The position numbers were made by a program, and so were the translations under genes. From assembly GCA_001724265.1 (NCBI GenBank), contig MEDY01000204.1, forward strand, positions 1-52,366: a stretch of DNA of 52,366 nucleotides, written 5' to 3'. Source of the DNA: Rhizaria sp. SCN 62-66 (lineage: Eukaryota). This document shows, in pieces, positions 25,458-37,300 of the stretch (position 1 is the first letter of the stretch; each line of letters opens with the position of its first letter). The notes under the pieces are model-generated. The model did not search any database, was not told the DNA's origin, and worked only from the letters and a program-made list of their open reading frames with translations.

Positions 25458-26020
25458 AACACTGGACAGAGCTCTTGAATATCCACTGAGCGTTCGTTGC
25501 GCGCTTGCTTGTTGCTGTGTGACACTTAAATTGGGACAAACTGAAATCAAACAGCGCAAACATGAACGACTATTTAAATGACAACTTAAGATTATATAGT
25601 ATACTGCGTAACCAATACATTAGTCAACGTTTTCAAGTTGCTCCCTTTTTATCCTGGGGCCATGAACGGTGTTTTGTGGCGATGCCTAGTGCGTGCGACC
25701 GTGGCCACAATGCAAAGCGGCCAGGCAAGGAGCAAAAGCTGCAACGTGACGTTAAGAAAATCCGGCACATTAGGCGTCTCGATTACGCGTCTGCGGCGCC
25801 GCTGGTTGCAACTTTGCGACTACAGCTGGGATTTTAACGAGCTTACTATTGACATATTTATATAACGTATCCGCTCGATGATGACTTGGTGCTAGATCCA
25901 CCGCTGTATCCGCCGGCTTCGGCGCCCGGTTTGAGCAGCAGTGCGCCCATGCTCCCAGTCTCCGCCTCACTCCCGCATATCACCTCCTGCCTTGACCGCA
26001 CCACGCGTGCACTCGCATAG

Positions 26021-28777
26021 ATGCCGTACTTCTCGGCGAACATCTCCGACGGCCTTCTGTTCTCGCAGAAGCTCCTGTGCGATCGCTTCGGTCCGTCCCC
26101 TCCCCTCCCTTCTTAGTTATCATTGTTCCTTGGAATCTATCATCCTTCTCCGAATTCCCCAGCGTGTGCCTCTCACTGCCGCTCACCAAGGTTACGTTGC
26201 CTCTTCTGCTTCTCCTTTTTCCTGTATTCTTGCGTCTTTTCACGCTGACACACTCTCACATACACTCCTAACGCACTACACTCATGATACAGAGGCGGCT
26301 GCTTCCAACGCGTTCGAGGCCGTCGAGGTGAGCCAGCCCTACGACCTGCCGATCTCGGAGCTGGTCGCGCTGCTGACCAACGAAGAGACCGTGGGCACGG
26401 ACGCGCTCGACTGCGCCATGATCGAGACGCACCTCATGCACTCGTCGTCTTCGCGCCCCGGCTACATGGGCTACGCTGCCGTGCCGGGCGCCGAGGAGGC
26501 CTTCGACCGCTCCCTCACCAACACCTTCGCCTACGCGCGCGCGCTCAACTGCAAGACCATCTCGGTCCTCGTCGGCGTGCCCACCCTTGCGGGCCCCATC
26601 GCGCTTCCCCAGGACAAGCCCCTCGCGGCCGCCAACAGCAACGGCAACGGCAGCGGCAGCGGCAGCAACAGCGGCGTGCCCTCGCTCTCGAGCATCTCGC
26701 TCACCTCCCCGGTCCCCGTGACGTCCGCCTCTAGCAGCGGCGGACACCCACATGGTGTCAACAGCAACAGCAACTCGAACGACCTGGGTTCCCCGGCCGA
26801 CTCCCCGCTCGACTGCCTCATGTCGCCCTCGGCGCCCGCCGCCTCCGCGGCCACCTACGCCGCCACCGGCTCGGCCGCGCTCGGTGTCGCCGCCCTGCTC
26901 TCCCCGGTCAACGCCGCTGCTGACGGCAGCAACACCTGCGCCGCCGAGGCCCCCGCAGCCGCGCTGGCGTCGCCGTTCGTCGGCCCCGAGGCCGCGGCCG
27001 CCGCGCTGGCCGCCGCATCGGCCCCCGCCGCGCTGGCCGCCGGCGACGGCAAGACGCGCGACCTGTGCGCGCGCCTGCTGCCGCCGCACCTGGTATCTTT
27101 CCTCGCCAACGCGGGCGTGCACTCGACGCACAGCACGGGGCTTACGCAGGACCAGTCGGCGCTGTGCCCGTCCTCGGTCGCCGGCGCCGCGGCCTTCACC
27201 ACGCTCGTCGCCAACCTCAAGCGCGCCTCGGCCCGCGCCAAGGCGGAGCTGCCGCCTGACGTGTCGCTCGTGCTCGAGGTCGTGTCCGACGTGCCCGGCT
27301 ACTGGCTCGACTCTATTTACAAGGCGCTCCGCGTCATCGCGCACGTCGACGCGGACAACGTTGGGCTCCTCTTCGACTGCTTCCACATCCAGCGGTACGC
27401 AAACAGTAAAGAAAAGATAAATATCACAGTAGTTTGATCATGTGATGTTATTTTTATGTGTATTGTATCTATGTATGTTCATCAATGTGTTTTATTCTCA
27501 CTATGAGCTCTTTGCTTTGTGCTCTCCATGTTGTTCTGTCGTTCCCAGCCTGCACGGCAACGTGACTGAGCTGCTGCTGGGGCTGCTGCCGCTGGTGCGC
27601 CACGTGCAGGTTGCCTCGGTGCCGCACAAGCGCGAGATCGACCGCGGCGAGCTCAACTACATGTACGTGCTCAAGCAGCTCGACCGCAGCGGCTATCAGG
27701 GTTGGTGTGGGCTCGAGTACGTGCCCACCGACGGCAAGACGAAGCAGAACCTGAACCCCTGGTTCGCGTCCTTCCAGCGCAAGCGCCACGGGTCTGCGGG
27801 CGTGCTGGTGGCGTGCCTGGGCAAGCAGGGCAAGCCGTACCTGCTGCTGGGCGAGGACCACAAGAAGGGCCACCTGTGGGGCCCATTCTGGGGCCGCCCA
27901 GACAAGACGGATAAGGGCGTCGAGCACACGGCGGTGCGCGAGACGGTTGAGGAGAGCCTGGGCGTGCTCGCGCACCCCAGCGTGCTGTATAACGCGCTCA
28001 AGCACGTTGACTTCCACGTCAAGCTGCCATCGGGCGCGCTCTTCCTGGTCACGCTGGGCGTCATGTCCGAGTCGGAGCGCGAGGCCGTCGTTGATAAGTA
28101 CCGCGCCGCGCGCGACCAACAGGCCGCGCTGTCCAAGTACCAGCGCGAGATGACCGATGTGCGCTGGGTCGACGCCACAGAGCTGCTCCGCACGCTCGTC
28201 CTCAAGAAGAAGCCTCAGGTACGCATGATAGTAAAGTCACGGTCAAGTCAATGTCAACATAAGCAATGCCATAATCACGCAATTTGCAATATTTCGCTCA
28301 GATCGCTCTGGATGGTACTTAATGTGTGATGTTTTGCGTGTTTTTGTCTTTAATATCTTTTATGAGTCATGATTGATGCAAAGTGCTTTCCACTCACTTT
28401 CGTTGTTTTTGGTCACTTTTTGCGCAGGAGGATGCCCCCATCAAGCTCCGCACTTTCTTCAAGTACGTGTATCTTCTTTTGGAATTCAAGACGGGCACAA
28501 CCAACATACTCATACGTATTTGTCTTTTTATCGCTCCAATTCAATATGTAAATCGTCCTGCCTCACTCTTTTCCTTCTGTCACCCTTTGTTTCACTCTGC
28601 TCGCTTCCCTCACCGCCCCGCTTGCAGGCGCGACCTGAGCAACGCGATGGAGAACATGGCGATCGTGCGCAACTTCTGCGAGCGCAAGGGGCTGCCGATC
28701 CGCCCGCTGGCCGAGATGACGGCCGTGGGGCCCGTGCAGGGCGCGCCCTCCCCGCTCACCGCCGTCATCACCGCAGC

Positions 28778-28828
<51 letters not shown>

Positions 28829-28856
28829 GGCGGCGGCGGGCGCCAAGCGCGCGTAA
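26021..28856 (+). CDS. Hydroxypyruvate isomerase (Hyi/xylose-isomerase-like TIM barrel) fused to a NUDIX hydrolase domain, about 701 aa; exons 26021-26090, 26293-27394, 27549-28218, 28428-28462, 28628-28856
   Basis: Hyi part: MPYFSANIS...DRFEAAA...FEAVE, LVLE, LLFDCFHIQRLHGN, HVQVASVP...GELNY, GYQGWCGLEY. NUDIX part follows in the same exon: SAGVLV...LLLGED...WGPFWG...TAVRETVEESLG. Total spliced length is 2106 nt, divisible by 3. Confidence 0.88.
28779..28829 (+). repeat. (CAG)n tract encoding Q17 at the C-terminus of the Hyi-NUDIX protein
   Basis: Direct reading; one CAA interruption. Confidence 0.95.
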
Positions 28857-29371
28857 AGCAGCCGGCCGCGCGCGCGCGATGGCGCTGACGGGGGCGTGGT
28901 TGAGTTAAAAAGTCCTTGGATCTTAGGAGTTTGTATAGCTCAAGCAGCTCAAGGTAATATTGTGGATGTTTATGGCGAGGCGTTTGGCAGAGCCGTATGT
29001 GGGCGGTGTTAATGTGTGTGATGATTGCGGTGAAATAGGTGACTGATGCTATTCGTGTTTGTGTTTGTGTGTGCTTTTTTTGTTTGTGTGTTGAATTTGC
29101 TGTGTGCATGCTCGTCACTTGAACGCGTCTCACTGGTTACATTATTAACGCTTGTCATGAGGACGATAAGCATTTGATTTGGCTATGGATTTGTGGTCTG
29201 TGCAGTTGTGCTGTGCTATAACTGGCATTTGCAGTCGTTAGTTGTTCATACGGATATTAGTGTATGTAGGGGAATATGAAGTTTCTCGGTCTTGTAGAAA
29301 TGCGTTCTTGTAGGAATGAGAACGCAATGATAATTTATTTTAGAGTGTACAAAATAGTATATAACCTCTCT

Positions 29372-29565
29372 GTTGTGAGAGGAAATTACGACCCCCGCTG
29401 GGCTCAGCACGGAGGAAGTGCCACTGTGCTGGTTCCTCCGCTGTGGTTGCTAACAGTTGGTGAGGCTGCGTTGCGATGCGAACTGTCACACGGAACACAA
29501 GGGCCTGGCTCGATATATGCGATTGTCTCGGGCCCTGACACCTTGCCTCGGACAAAGCTCACAAC
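29372..29565. ncRNA. Candidate structured element with three hairpins inside a terminal helix; identity unknown
   Basis: GTTGTGAG/CTCACAAC closes CGGAGGAA/TTCCTCCG, ACAGTT/AACTGT and AGGGCCTGG/TCGGGCCCT. It is a GC-richer island in an AT-rich intergenic region. Confidence 0.2.
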
Positions 29566-30103
29566 CGTCGAAATAAAGACGAATTAAGTTAAACTCAGCA
29601 GCCATTGATCGTAGGTACCTCCCGGTAGACATGAAAATCACATGTTCCTTCAAATTATTGTTGAAAATATCGCTCAACATGTTGTTTCGGAACGTGCTAC
29701 AACGAGAAAAGCGCTCTGAGAGAACTGTAGTATTTTGCTCTCCACCATATGCAGCTCTTGTTTGTTGCCCAGTGGTGGCTCACGTTACTGGTCACACGTT
29801 TGTGGTGCTGACCGACCCGAAGGTTCTAGCTTGCGCAATTGACAAAGTCGGAGTCAAAGAGACCGGTAACACGAAATACTTACAAGTAGATATCAAATAC
29901 GCATGTGAATGTTCGTTTCATACTATTCTCAATCGAATCCATCTTAGCGCTCTAGGCTCTCTTGGCTTCACAGCGAGCGCATAAGTGCGACAGGCCGACC
30001 TTCGCTTCACTAGTTAACATCAACATCTCACTAGAACGCTATGATATTGCTCTCTCGGCTAACTTGCTGACTCTAATTGTTTCTTTTGTTTTTAGCTACC
30101 GAG

Positions 30104-30977
30104 ATGTCTGGAGCTGATGAGCTTGCCACTCTTCATGATTTGCTGAAGGATGTCGAATGGGGGCTCGCTGGTCTTCAGTCCCAAGAGTTGAGGCTCAAGA
30201 ACGGCGATGACCTCAGGAATAAGTACGAGCACAACTTCAACGCCAAGATTGTCGAATTTTATCAGGAAGAGAGGGCGTTTCTCCGCTCTAAAATCCAGAC
30301 TGTCATAAAAAGTTTGAGCTGGGAGCACTACCAGAACATGCTTTGCCTTGAGGACGCATTTCGCCTCCTCGGCCACCTCACCGCCGTCTTCGTCAGGGAC
30401 CGCGAGGGCGGCCCCTGGTACACACACTACGAAGTGCGTTTTGACCCCGCAACCGGGCTTACGGGCGAGCAGCGCGTGCCTGCGGACGAGGTGACGTTCA
30501 GCAACGGCGCTGCGCCACCACCCGAGCGAGGCCGTGCGCGCCTCCCTGCGGCAGCGCCTCGGTTCGCAGGACGAGTGGGACGCGCTGATCCGGCTCTACG
30601 AGACCACCAAGCGGGCGTTCAACCCGCACGCGCTGCGCCACGCGAGCGGCAAGGTGCACATCGCGCGGCCCGCTGCACATGTCCCCGACGCGGGTCTGTA
30701 CCAGCGGGCGCTGCTCGCGGCGGGTGTGATCAGGCGCGCGCGGGACGTGAGTATCACCGATATGGCGCTGGGGGTGCTGGCGCCCGTCCTTGACTGCGAG
30801 AATGATGTAGATGAGGCCAAGCGCAAGGGCAAGAGGACGCGGACTCCGAGAAAGAACGACCGGAAGCGCGTGTCTGTTGGTGGCGCAGTGGCGGCTCCGC
30901 CATCGAAGAAAGGCAGCTCGGGTGAGTCACAAACAGGCAAGAGCGGTGACGATGGCGATAACGGCAAGCAGAAATGA
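30104..30977 (+). pseudogene. Uncharacterised gene of about 290 aa interrupted by a +1 frameshift near 30495-30530 (pseudogene, sequence error or recoding)
   Basis: Protein-like frame MSGADELA...DEVTFSN continues as ALRHHPSEAVRASLRQRL...GKQK* only if one base is skipped. The span is 874 nt (3n+1), and no intron fits. Confidence 0.6.
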
Positions 30978-31398
30978 AGCCTCGTTAGGGCGTGGTGTCA
31001 GAATTTGTTCCATTCCAGTGTGTGGCGATGTGCAACTTTTTAGATAAGCTTATAGTACATGTATTGCTAAAGAAAACGAATACAAAAATCTTTGTATTGA
31101 TCACTGGAAAAACGAAAATGAACGCGTCCAGAACGCACCCCAGTCCAAGTCCGCATAAGCTTATGTGACACTGATGTTTGAGACAAATCTCGTTTGTTCT
31201 CGAACGCCACGGTGTAAGTATCTTGTTGACATTGTACTTACAATCTGTGCTAAGATATAAAGAAGAATAAAGAAGAATAAGTAAAAACAGCAAGCAGACA
31301 AAACGGCGGATGAAAATAAAGTTCGCGAGATAAATTAGTCGTATAATCAAAGAAAAAAAAAAGAATATGTGTACAATGCTGCACGCTACAAAGCGTGT

Positions 31399-34300
31399 TT
31401 AAAAGAGCCACGTGATCATCTGCCCGGCGGCGTCAGTCGACCACGCGCGCACCCGTACAGAGCGCCTCTTCGACTCGCCAGCAACTGGGTGGCTAGATGC
31501 ATGTGAGTCTGCGCTCTCTTTGGATGGTGGGGCGAACGAGGCCCACGTCTGAGGCGGAATAAACGCTCTTAATAACGCGCTGAGACGGTCGCTCTCATTC
31601 TTCTCACCGCTATTCGAGTTGCTACACGTGAAAGTCTGGCCACTGGAAGAGTTCGAGATTATTGTGTTGTTGGTAAGATCACCGCTGGTAAGCGCTAAGC
31701 AGAGGGACACCGGCTTTAGCACCAACGCGGTAGGCTCCTGGGACCGAGAGTGGCTCTCAGGCTTGGCGCTACACGCAGCAGCAGGGGCTTGCTCGAGGCG
31801 CAGCGTAGCTACAGCGCCGCGAGTGAGCGAGTAGATGACGCTGACGCAGCAAGGATCCTTGGACAGGTTGCAAGTGGTAGAGCTGTTCGTACGAGTCGGG
31901 CAGTCGTGCTTGTGCACAGTGATAGCGGCCTTGTAACCCACAGCAACAATGCAATCAGCACCACTCTCGTGATCGCTGCAACGGTCGCTAGCGCCACTGA
32001 TGGAGAGAGGTAGTGCACAGACAGCAACCTCAACGCGCTTGTTGACGCCGCAGTCCGCGGTTTGAGCGCCTCCACGCAGGTGCTTCGAGACCAGAACAGC
32101 GATCTCGTGGGATAACCAGTGTGACAAGTCTAACCTTGAGTTCTCAGCAAGAGCCACGGTCTCAGCACCAGCAATAGCTACAGCAGAGTTGTCGTGCTGT
32201 CGACATAGAGCGCGCCTAACGTCATGAGCAGAGAAAACGCGTAAGCAGCCGTCTAATGACGTTGTCACTAATGAACAAGCATCGGTTGCGCTGTTCAAGT
32301 TAGTCGCAGTTGACGTCTTAGCAGGAAGTGTGAGAGCGGAAATCACTGTCGTCTTGTGCCCCTTGAGTACAACACGGCGCAGGACTGTCAGACTCTCGTC
32401 TGATGGGGTATTTTTACCAGGCTTCGGGGCGTACAAAATGCTCGCGTAACACGGTGAATGGGCGACCCTGCAAGCGGTGACTCCACTTTGGCGGCTCGTG
32501 TTGTGAACATTTTTGATCCTAATGAAAGGCGAAAGAATATCACTAGCTTTATCGTCATTGGGGGAATGGGCAATCGGTTGGGGTGACGAGTCGGAAAGAA
32601 TGCTGAGCAGCATATTGGCGCCAGTGCCAACACCTAGTTCGCCGATACCACTGCCATTTCCGTCATCACAGTCACTATCATTGTCACTCTCGTTGTCAAC
32701 GTGACCACTGTTCGCGCTGCTCACATCATCATCGCCTTCGTCAGTGGCGAGCGCGTTGCCGCCGCCCCACACCAGCAGCGCAACACTACTGCTGTCAGCA
32801 GCAGTATCGTGTTCGCGATTCGGCGTAAACGGCGAAGTCAGTGTCAGCATGCCGCGAATAACTGCAGGTGTCCCTAAGAAATCCCCTGCAGCCGGCTCCG
32901 GTGACAAAGATTTGATTTTGTCGGCGCTGTCACGACTCCCATTATTATGACTGTTGTTGACACGGTAGTCGTTATTGACGGTGAACGGGGCACATGTGAG
33001 TACTTGCGAGTTGAGCACATACTCATGGCCACTCTCGTACTTGGACACAGACGATGAACCTGCGCTCGACTGCTCTTTGGTCGCGCTGGAGCTGAGTCGC
33101 GAGTGCTTTGGAAGGGCGCCCCACAGCGCCTGGACGCAACCAGCAGAGAGCTTGTTCACTGTCGCCTTTTTTGCAGTCACCATGTCGCCCACAGTCACTT
33201 GTTTGCTGTTGTTGGCAGCAATCATGTTGTTCGGAGAGTTATCACGGCTCTCAGCCGTGTATTGGGTTAGCTGCATTGGCCTCAGTGTTAGGGGACAAAT
33301 AAGATGAATGAATCCCAGAGCATCACCGGCAAATGTGACACTCTTGGGAACAACCTGACGCACAACACTATCAGAGGCAGACACAGTGGGAATGTCATGA
33401 GCGGAAGCAACAGAAAAGCGGTTACCTGCCAAAGCAAGCGGTGTGGATACTGACGCTGAAGATGAGAACGACAGAGGCTTGAAGTTGCATGTAAGTCCTT
33501 CGACATCGCCGTCTTGTTCAATACCGTCGTCGTAAAACGAGTTGCTTGCAGGCAGCAGGGGAAGAGATGGCTTGTACAGCTGCATACGAGGGTACTTGAA
33601 CGCCATATCGCGCATAACCAACGTGTAAAGCCAGCCACGAGTCACGATCTCACGCGTTTTAACCCCAGAACAAAGATCCGTGACAGGATTAGCAACACAA
33701 GCACTATTAGCAAGATTGCAATCGATATGGGCGCCCTTGTTTTGGTAGTATGAAGGCATAGGATTTGTCACAAGGTCCCAATAAGAAGGCTGTTGTTGAG
33801 CGAGCAAAGTCGTTACTGGCACAGGCATGCCTTCCATAAACTCGCTCTCTGCACCCTCGCCATCCTTACCGTCGTTTTCGCCATCGCTTTTGGTTTCGCC
33901 ACCGGCGTCGTCAGCTGTCAATGCCATCGTAACCGTGAGCGGCACCGCCACAGCCGCGCTGCCGCCGCGGTCGCCCCGCCACACACGCACAGTGCCGTCC
34001 AAGCCTGCGGAAAACAGCAGCAAATCTAAGGGCCCATTGTGAGCCTCAATCTCTGAATTCGTTTCATCCTTCATGGCATCGCTGCTAGGATAGGCGCAAA
34101 GCGCAGTCACGGGCCCGCGGTGGCCGCGGAAGGTGGCCATGTGGCGGCCCAACCTCAAACCGGAATCTGAAGACGTGATAACACCACTAACTGCGCTGTC
34201 GGTCGATGTCGGACGATGACAGATTGAGGTCGAGACCGTGCAGCTAGCCTTTAGGTCGAGTTTGGGGCCAGAATGGGGCGACAAATCCCAGATCTTGATC

Positions 34301-37300
34301 GAATGATCGGATGAGCCAGTCGCAAACAGCACCGGTGATGCCAAGGACGAAGACAACTGTGGCAATCGAGGAAGTGCTGCAGTTGCAGTGATGTCGTGTG
34401 AGTGGGCAAGGTTAGGCCGCCTAGCAACGTAGCGGGAGAGAATCTCTGCGCGTTCTGAAAAAGTCGGCGCCGCTGGTTGGGAGCCATCTTTCTCATCAGA
34501 GTCAACCGCTGCAACATCCTCTTTGATACCAGTGTCAGTGGTGCTGATGTTAGTCGTGTCGCTGGTATTACCGGCGTTGCTAGTACGCCTGGTTGCAGTA
34601 TTATTGCGTGACACAGCCCCCGGCTTCGCGCTGGCGCTGTTGCTGTTGTTTGTGGGAATGCGAATGACGCTGCCACTACGCCGCACAGCGCTGGTGCTTC
34701 GAGGGGCAGTCTTGGTGCTCGCAGAAGCTGCATTCGAATCGATGCCGCTGTTGCCAGGGGCCGCAGCGGCACCAACCGAGGGAGAGCGTCCCCTTTGCTG
34801 AGTGAGTCCTTGTTGCCGACCTTCACTCCCATCACCAGCGCCAGCGCCAACGCTGCGCCTTCCCATTCGCAGTTGCTGCTTCTCGTCCTGCTGCTGTTGC
34901 TGCTGTTTGGCGTCGAGCTCCTGTTGCTGCTGCAGGTGCACAAGCAGGGCCTCGAGCTGCTTCTGCTGCTGCTGGCCCTGCGAGCCGCGCCACAACCCCG
35001 CGCATGCGTAGTGGTGCTCAGCGGCGTCGCGGCACACCAGCAGCGACGACGCCTGCTGCGACAAGACGGACTGCGACTGCAGGCAAGCGGGTGGCTGTGA
35101 GGGCGTCGGGGCGTTCTCCTCGGGTGTCGTGATGACTGTGCGCACGAGAGAGCCGTCAAGACCGGCCGAAACAACTACGACGCCTGTGTCACGCTGTTGT
35201 TGCGGGAATGTCATCAATTCCGTTGAGCAGAGCGGCGACTGAGAGAGCGCCACCGCAACGCCGCGCCACGCTGCGGAGCCCTCAGAGAGGCTAACTGCGC
35301 CGGAGTGGGCAGAACGAACGCCGGCCGGCGACGCTTCACTCCGGGGCGCAACAGTGACGAGCACGTTCGCCAGCGCAGACGGCAGCACCCTCACAGCCCC
35401 GCCAAGGCCCACGCCCTGGGACGCCCTCAGCGCGCGGTGGTTGAACGCGTTGTAGGGCCCGAGCGTGTCCGTGAGCGAGGCCGCCACCGTGCGCAGCGCG
35501 TGCCGGATGAGCGCGGCCGTTACCGCGGGCACCGACGCGGGCGCCGCGCCCGGGCCGCCAGCGCTGGTAGAGGGACACAGCGGCGCAAACAGCGATGACA
35601 ACGCATGCTGCTGCGCGGCGCGAATGTGGTCGTCGAGTGGAAAGCGCGGGGGCCGCGACCGCGGGAGGGTGATGAGCGACGACGAGGCCGCTTCCGATGG
35701 GCCGCCGGGGGCTGGACGGTTTTGAGCAGCAGAAGAACTGTGGGCACAAACCAGTGCGGCCGAGTCAGCTGACAGCGTTTCCGCTGCGCTTGCGTTGCTG
35801 CTTCCATTGGTGTTAGCGACGAGGGTCGCGATCGTGACTGTGAGCAAGACGGTCTGGTCGTTTTCATCCTCGTCCTCGCTATCACTCTCGCTGCAAAGAG
35901 AATCGCGTGACTGCGGGTCAGTACTCGTAAGACTAGAAGGCACTCGCGACGGCGTGTCGGGATACTTGGACGGCGGTTTGATATAATCAGGAGTTGATCC
36001 CAATTCTTTCCAACGAATGTCATCGTCGTACCCCTCAGCCGCAACGGAAGTTAAGCCTCCGACCCTCACACCGGGTAACGCACTCTGATTGACCACGGTG
36101 GCCGTGCGCGCGCTCACGCTGCCGCCGGAAGTTGCGGTCCAGACGCGCCGGCCCCGCGCAATGCCGCCGAAGCCACGGAAATCCACGTTCGAGCAGTTTG
36201 CAACGACAAAACTATGACTGTCTTTCGAAGCTGCGTTCTTGCCGTCGCTCGATAACTGAGAGTTCGTTTTGACTGCGGCCGCAACCGGTGGCATCGTCGC
36301 GGGCGTGAGCGCCGCCGCTGGCGGTCGCAGCATCGACTCACTGAAGTACCGGTGGTTGCTCGCCAGCAGCGCGATGCGTGCCGCGCTGGGCGACTGCGCG
36401 CAGCCGGGCGGCAGCGACGCCGCAGCCGAGGGGGACGCAGCAACGCTGCGTTGTCGGGTGCGGAAGTTAAGCCGCGCAGCAAGCGCGGCAGTCGTCGCCG
36501 CGGGACCTAAAAGATGCGAATCAAACATATGGCAGCAAAAAAACACGAGCAAACATTATTAGAGATTTCATAGAATTCTTGTGAAGACAAAATAATTGTC
36601 CGAGACAGGATCTAAGAATATAGTATTGAATACGCACCTTGAAAGCACTCTTCGACGCCGTTTGCAACCATGTACGCGCGTTGCTGTCTGTAGGCAAACT
36701 CTGCGACGGAGGCCTGCTCCTGGTCGTATGCAGCCAAAGCAGCGGCGACGGTGGCATCGGTGGCGCGCTGATGCGCAAGTTGCTCAGGGGTAAACGCCGC
36801 AGCAGCCGACGCATTGGCAGTAGCCGTAGTTGCGACGACAGTCTCACTAGACTTTGTGATCGAATGAGTGCTCGAGATTGTTGTGTTACTGAGCAGGACC
36901 ACTTTCTCTGCTGAACCCGTTGTTGCCGCAGATACAAACGCAGCTGACGCCGCACTAGCAGCCACGGAGGCAGCAGCAGCAGCAGCTGCTGCAGTCGCTG
37001 CCGCAACAGGGGTGCCAGCGTTGGTGGCGCCGCCGGGGGTGCTGATGTCTGTGAGGGCCACTGGCGTGCTTACACCACCATCCGATGTGGCCCCCATCGA
37101 TAGAGACACGCTCAAAACGACCGGTGCAGTCACGCTAATACTCGGTGTGCATGAGCTCTCGCTGGTGGCGCTAAGACTAGCGTTCTTGACGCAGGGGTCG
37201 GACACCGAGCCGAGCGCAGCAGCGACGGCGTAGTTTCTCGGTCTCGTAGCGCCACTCAGAATGCCGGCAACAACAGTGGTAGAAGCGGTCGGATCCGAGG

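Noticed and set aside
28610-28846. Minus-strand ORF with a poly-Cys run
   Set aside because: It is the reverse complement of the CAG/polyQ tract.
18675-28856. Fructokinase plus Hyi-NUDIX as a sugar-metabolism gene cluster
   Set aside because: Only two genes, on opposite strands and separated by an unrelated DHHC gene; no shared pathway can be shown without synteny data.
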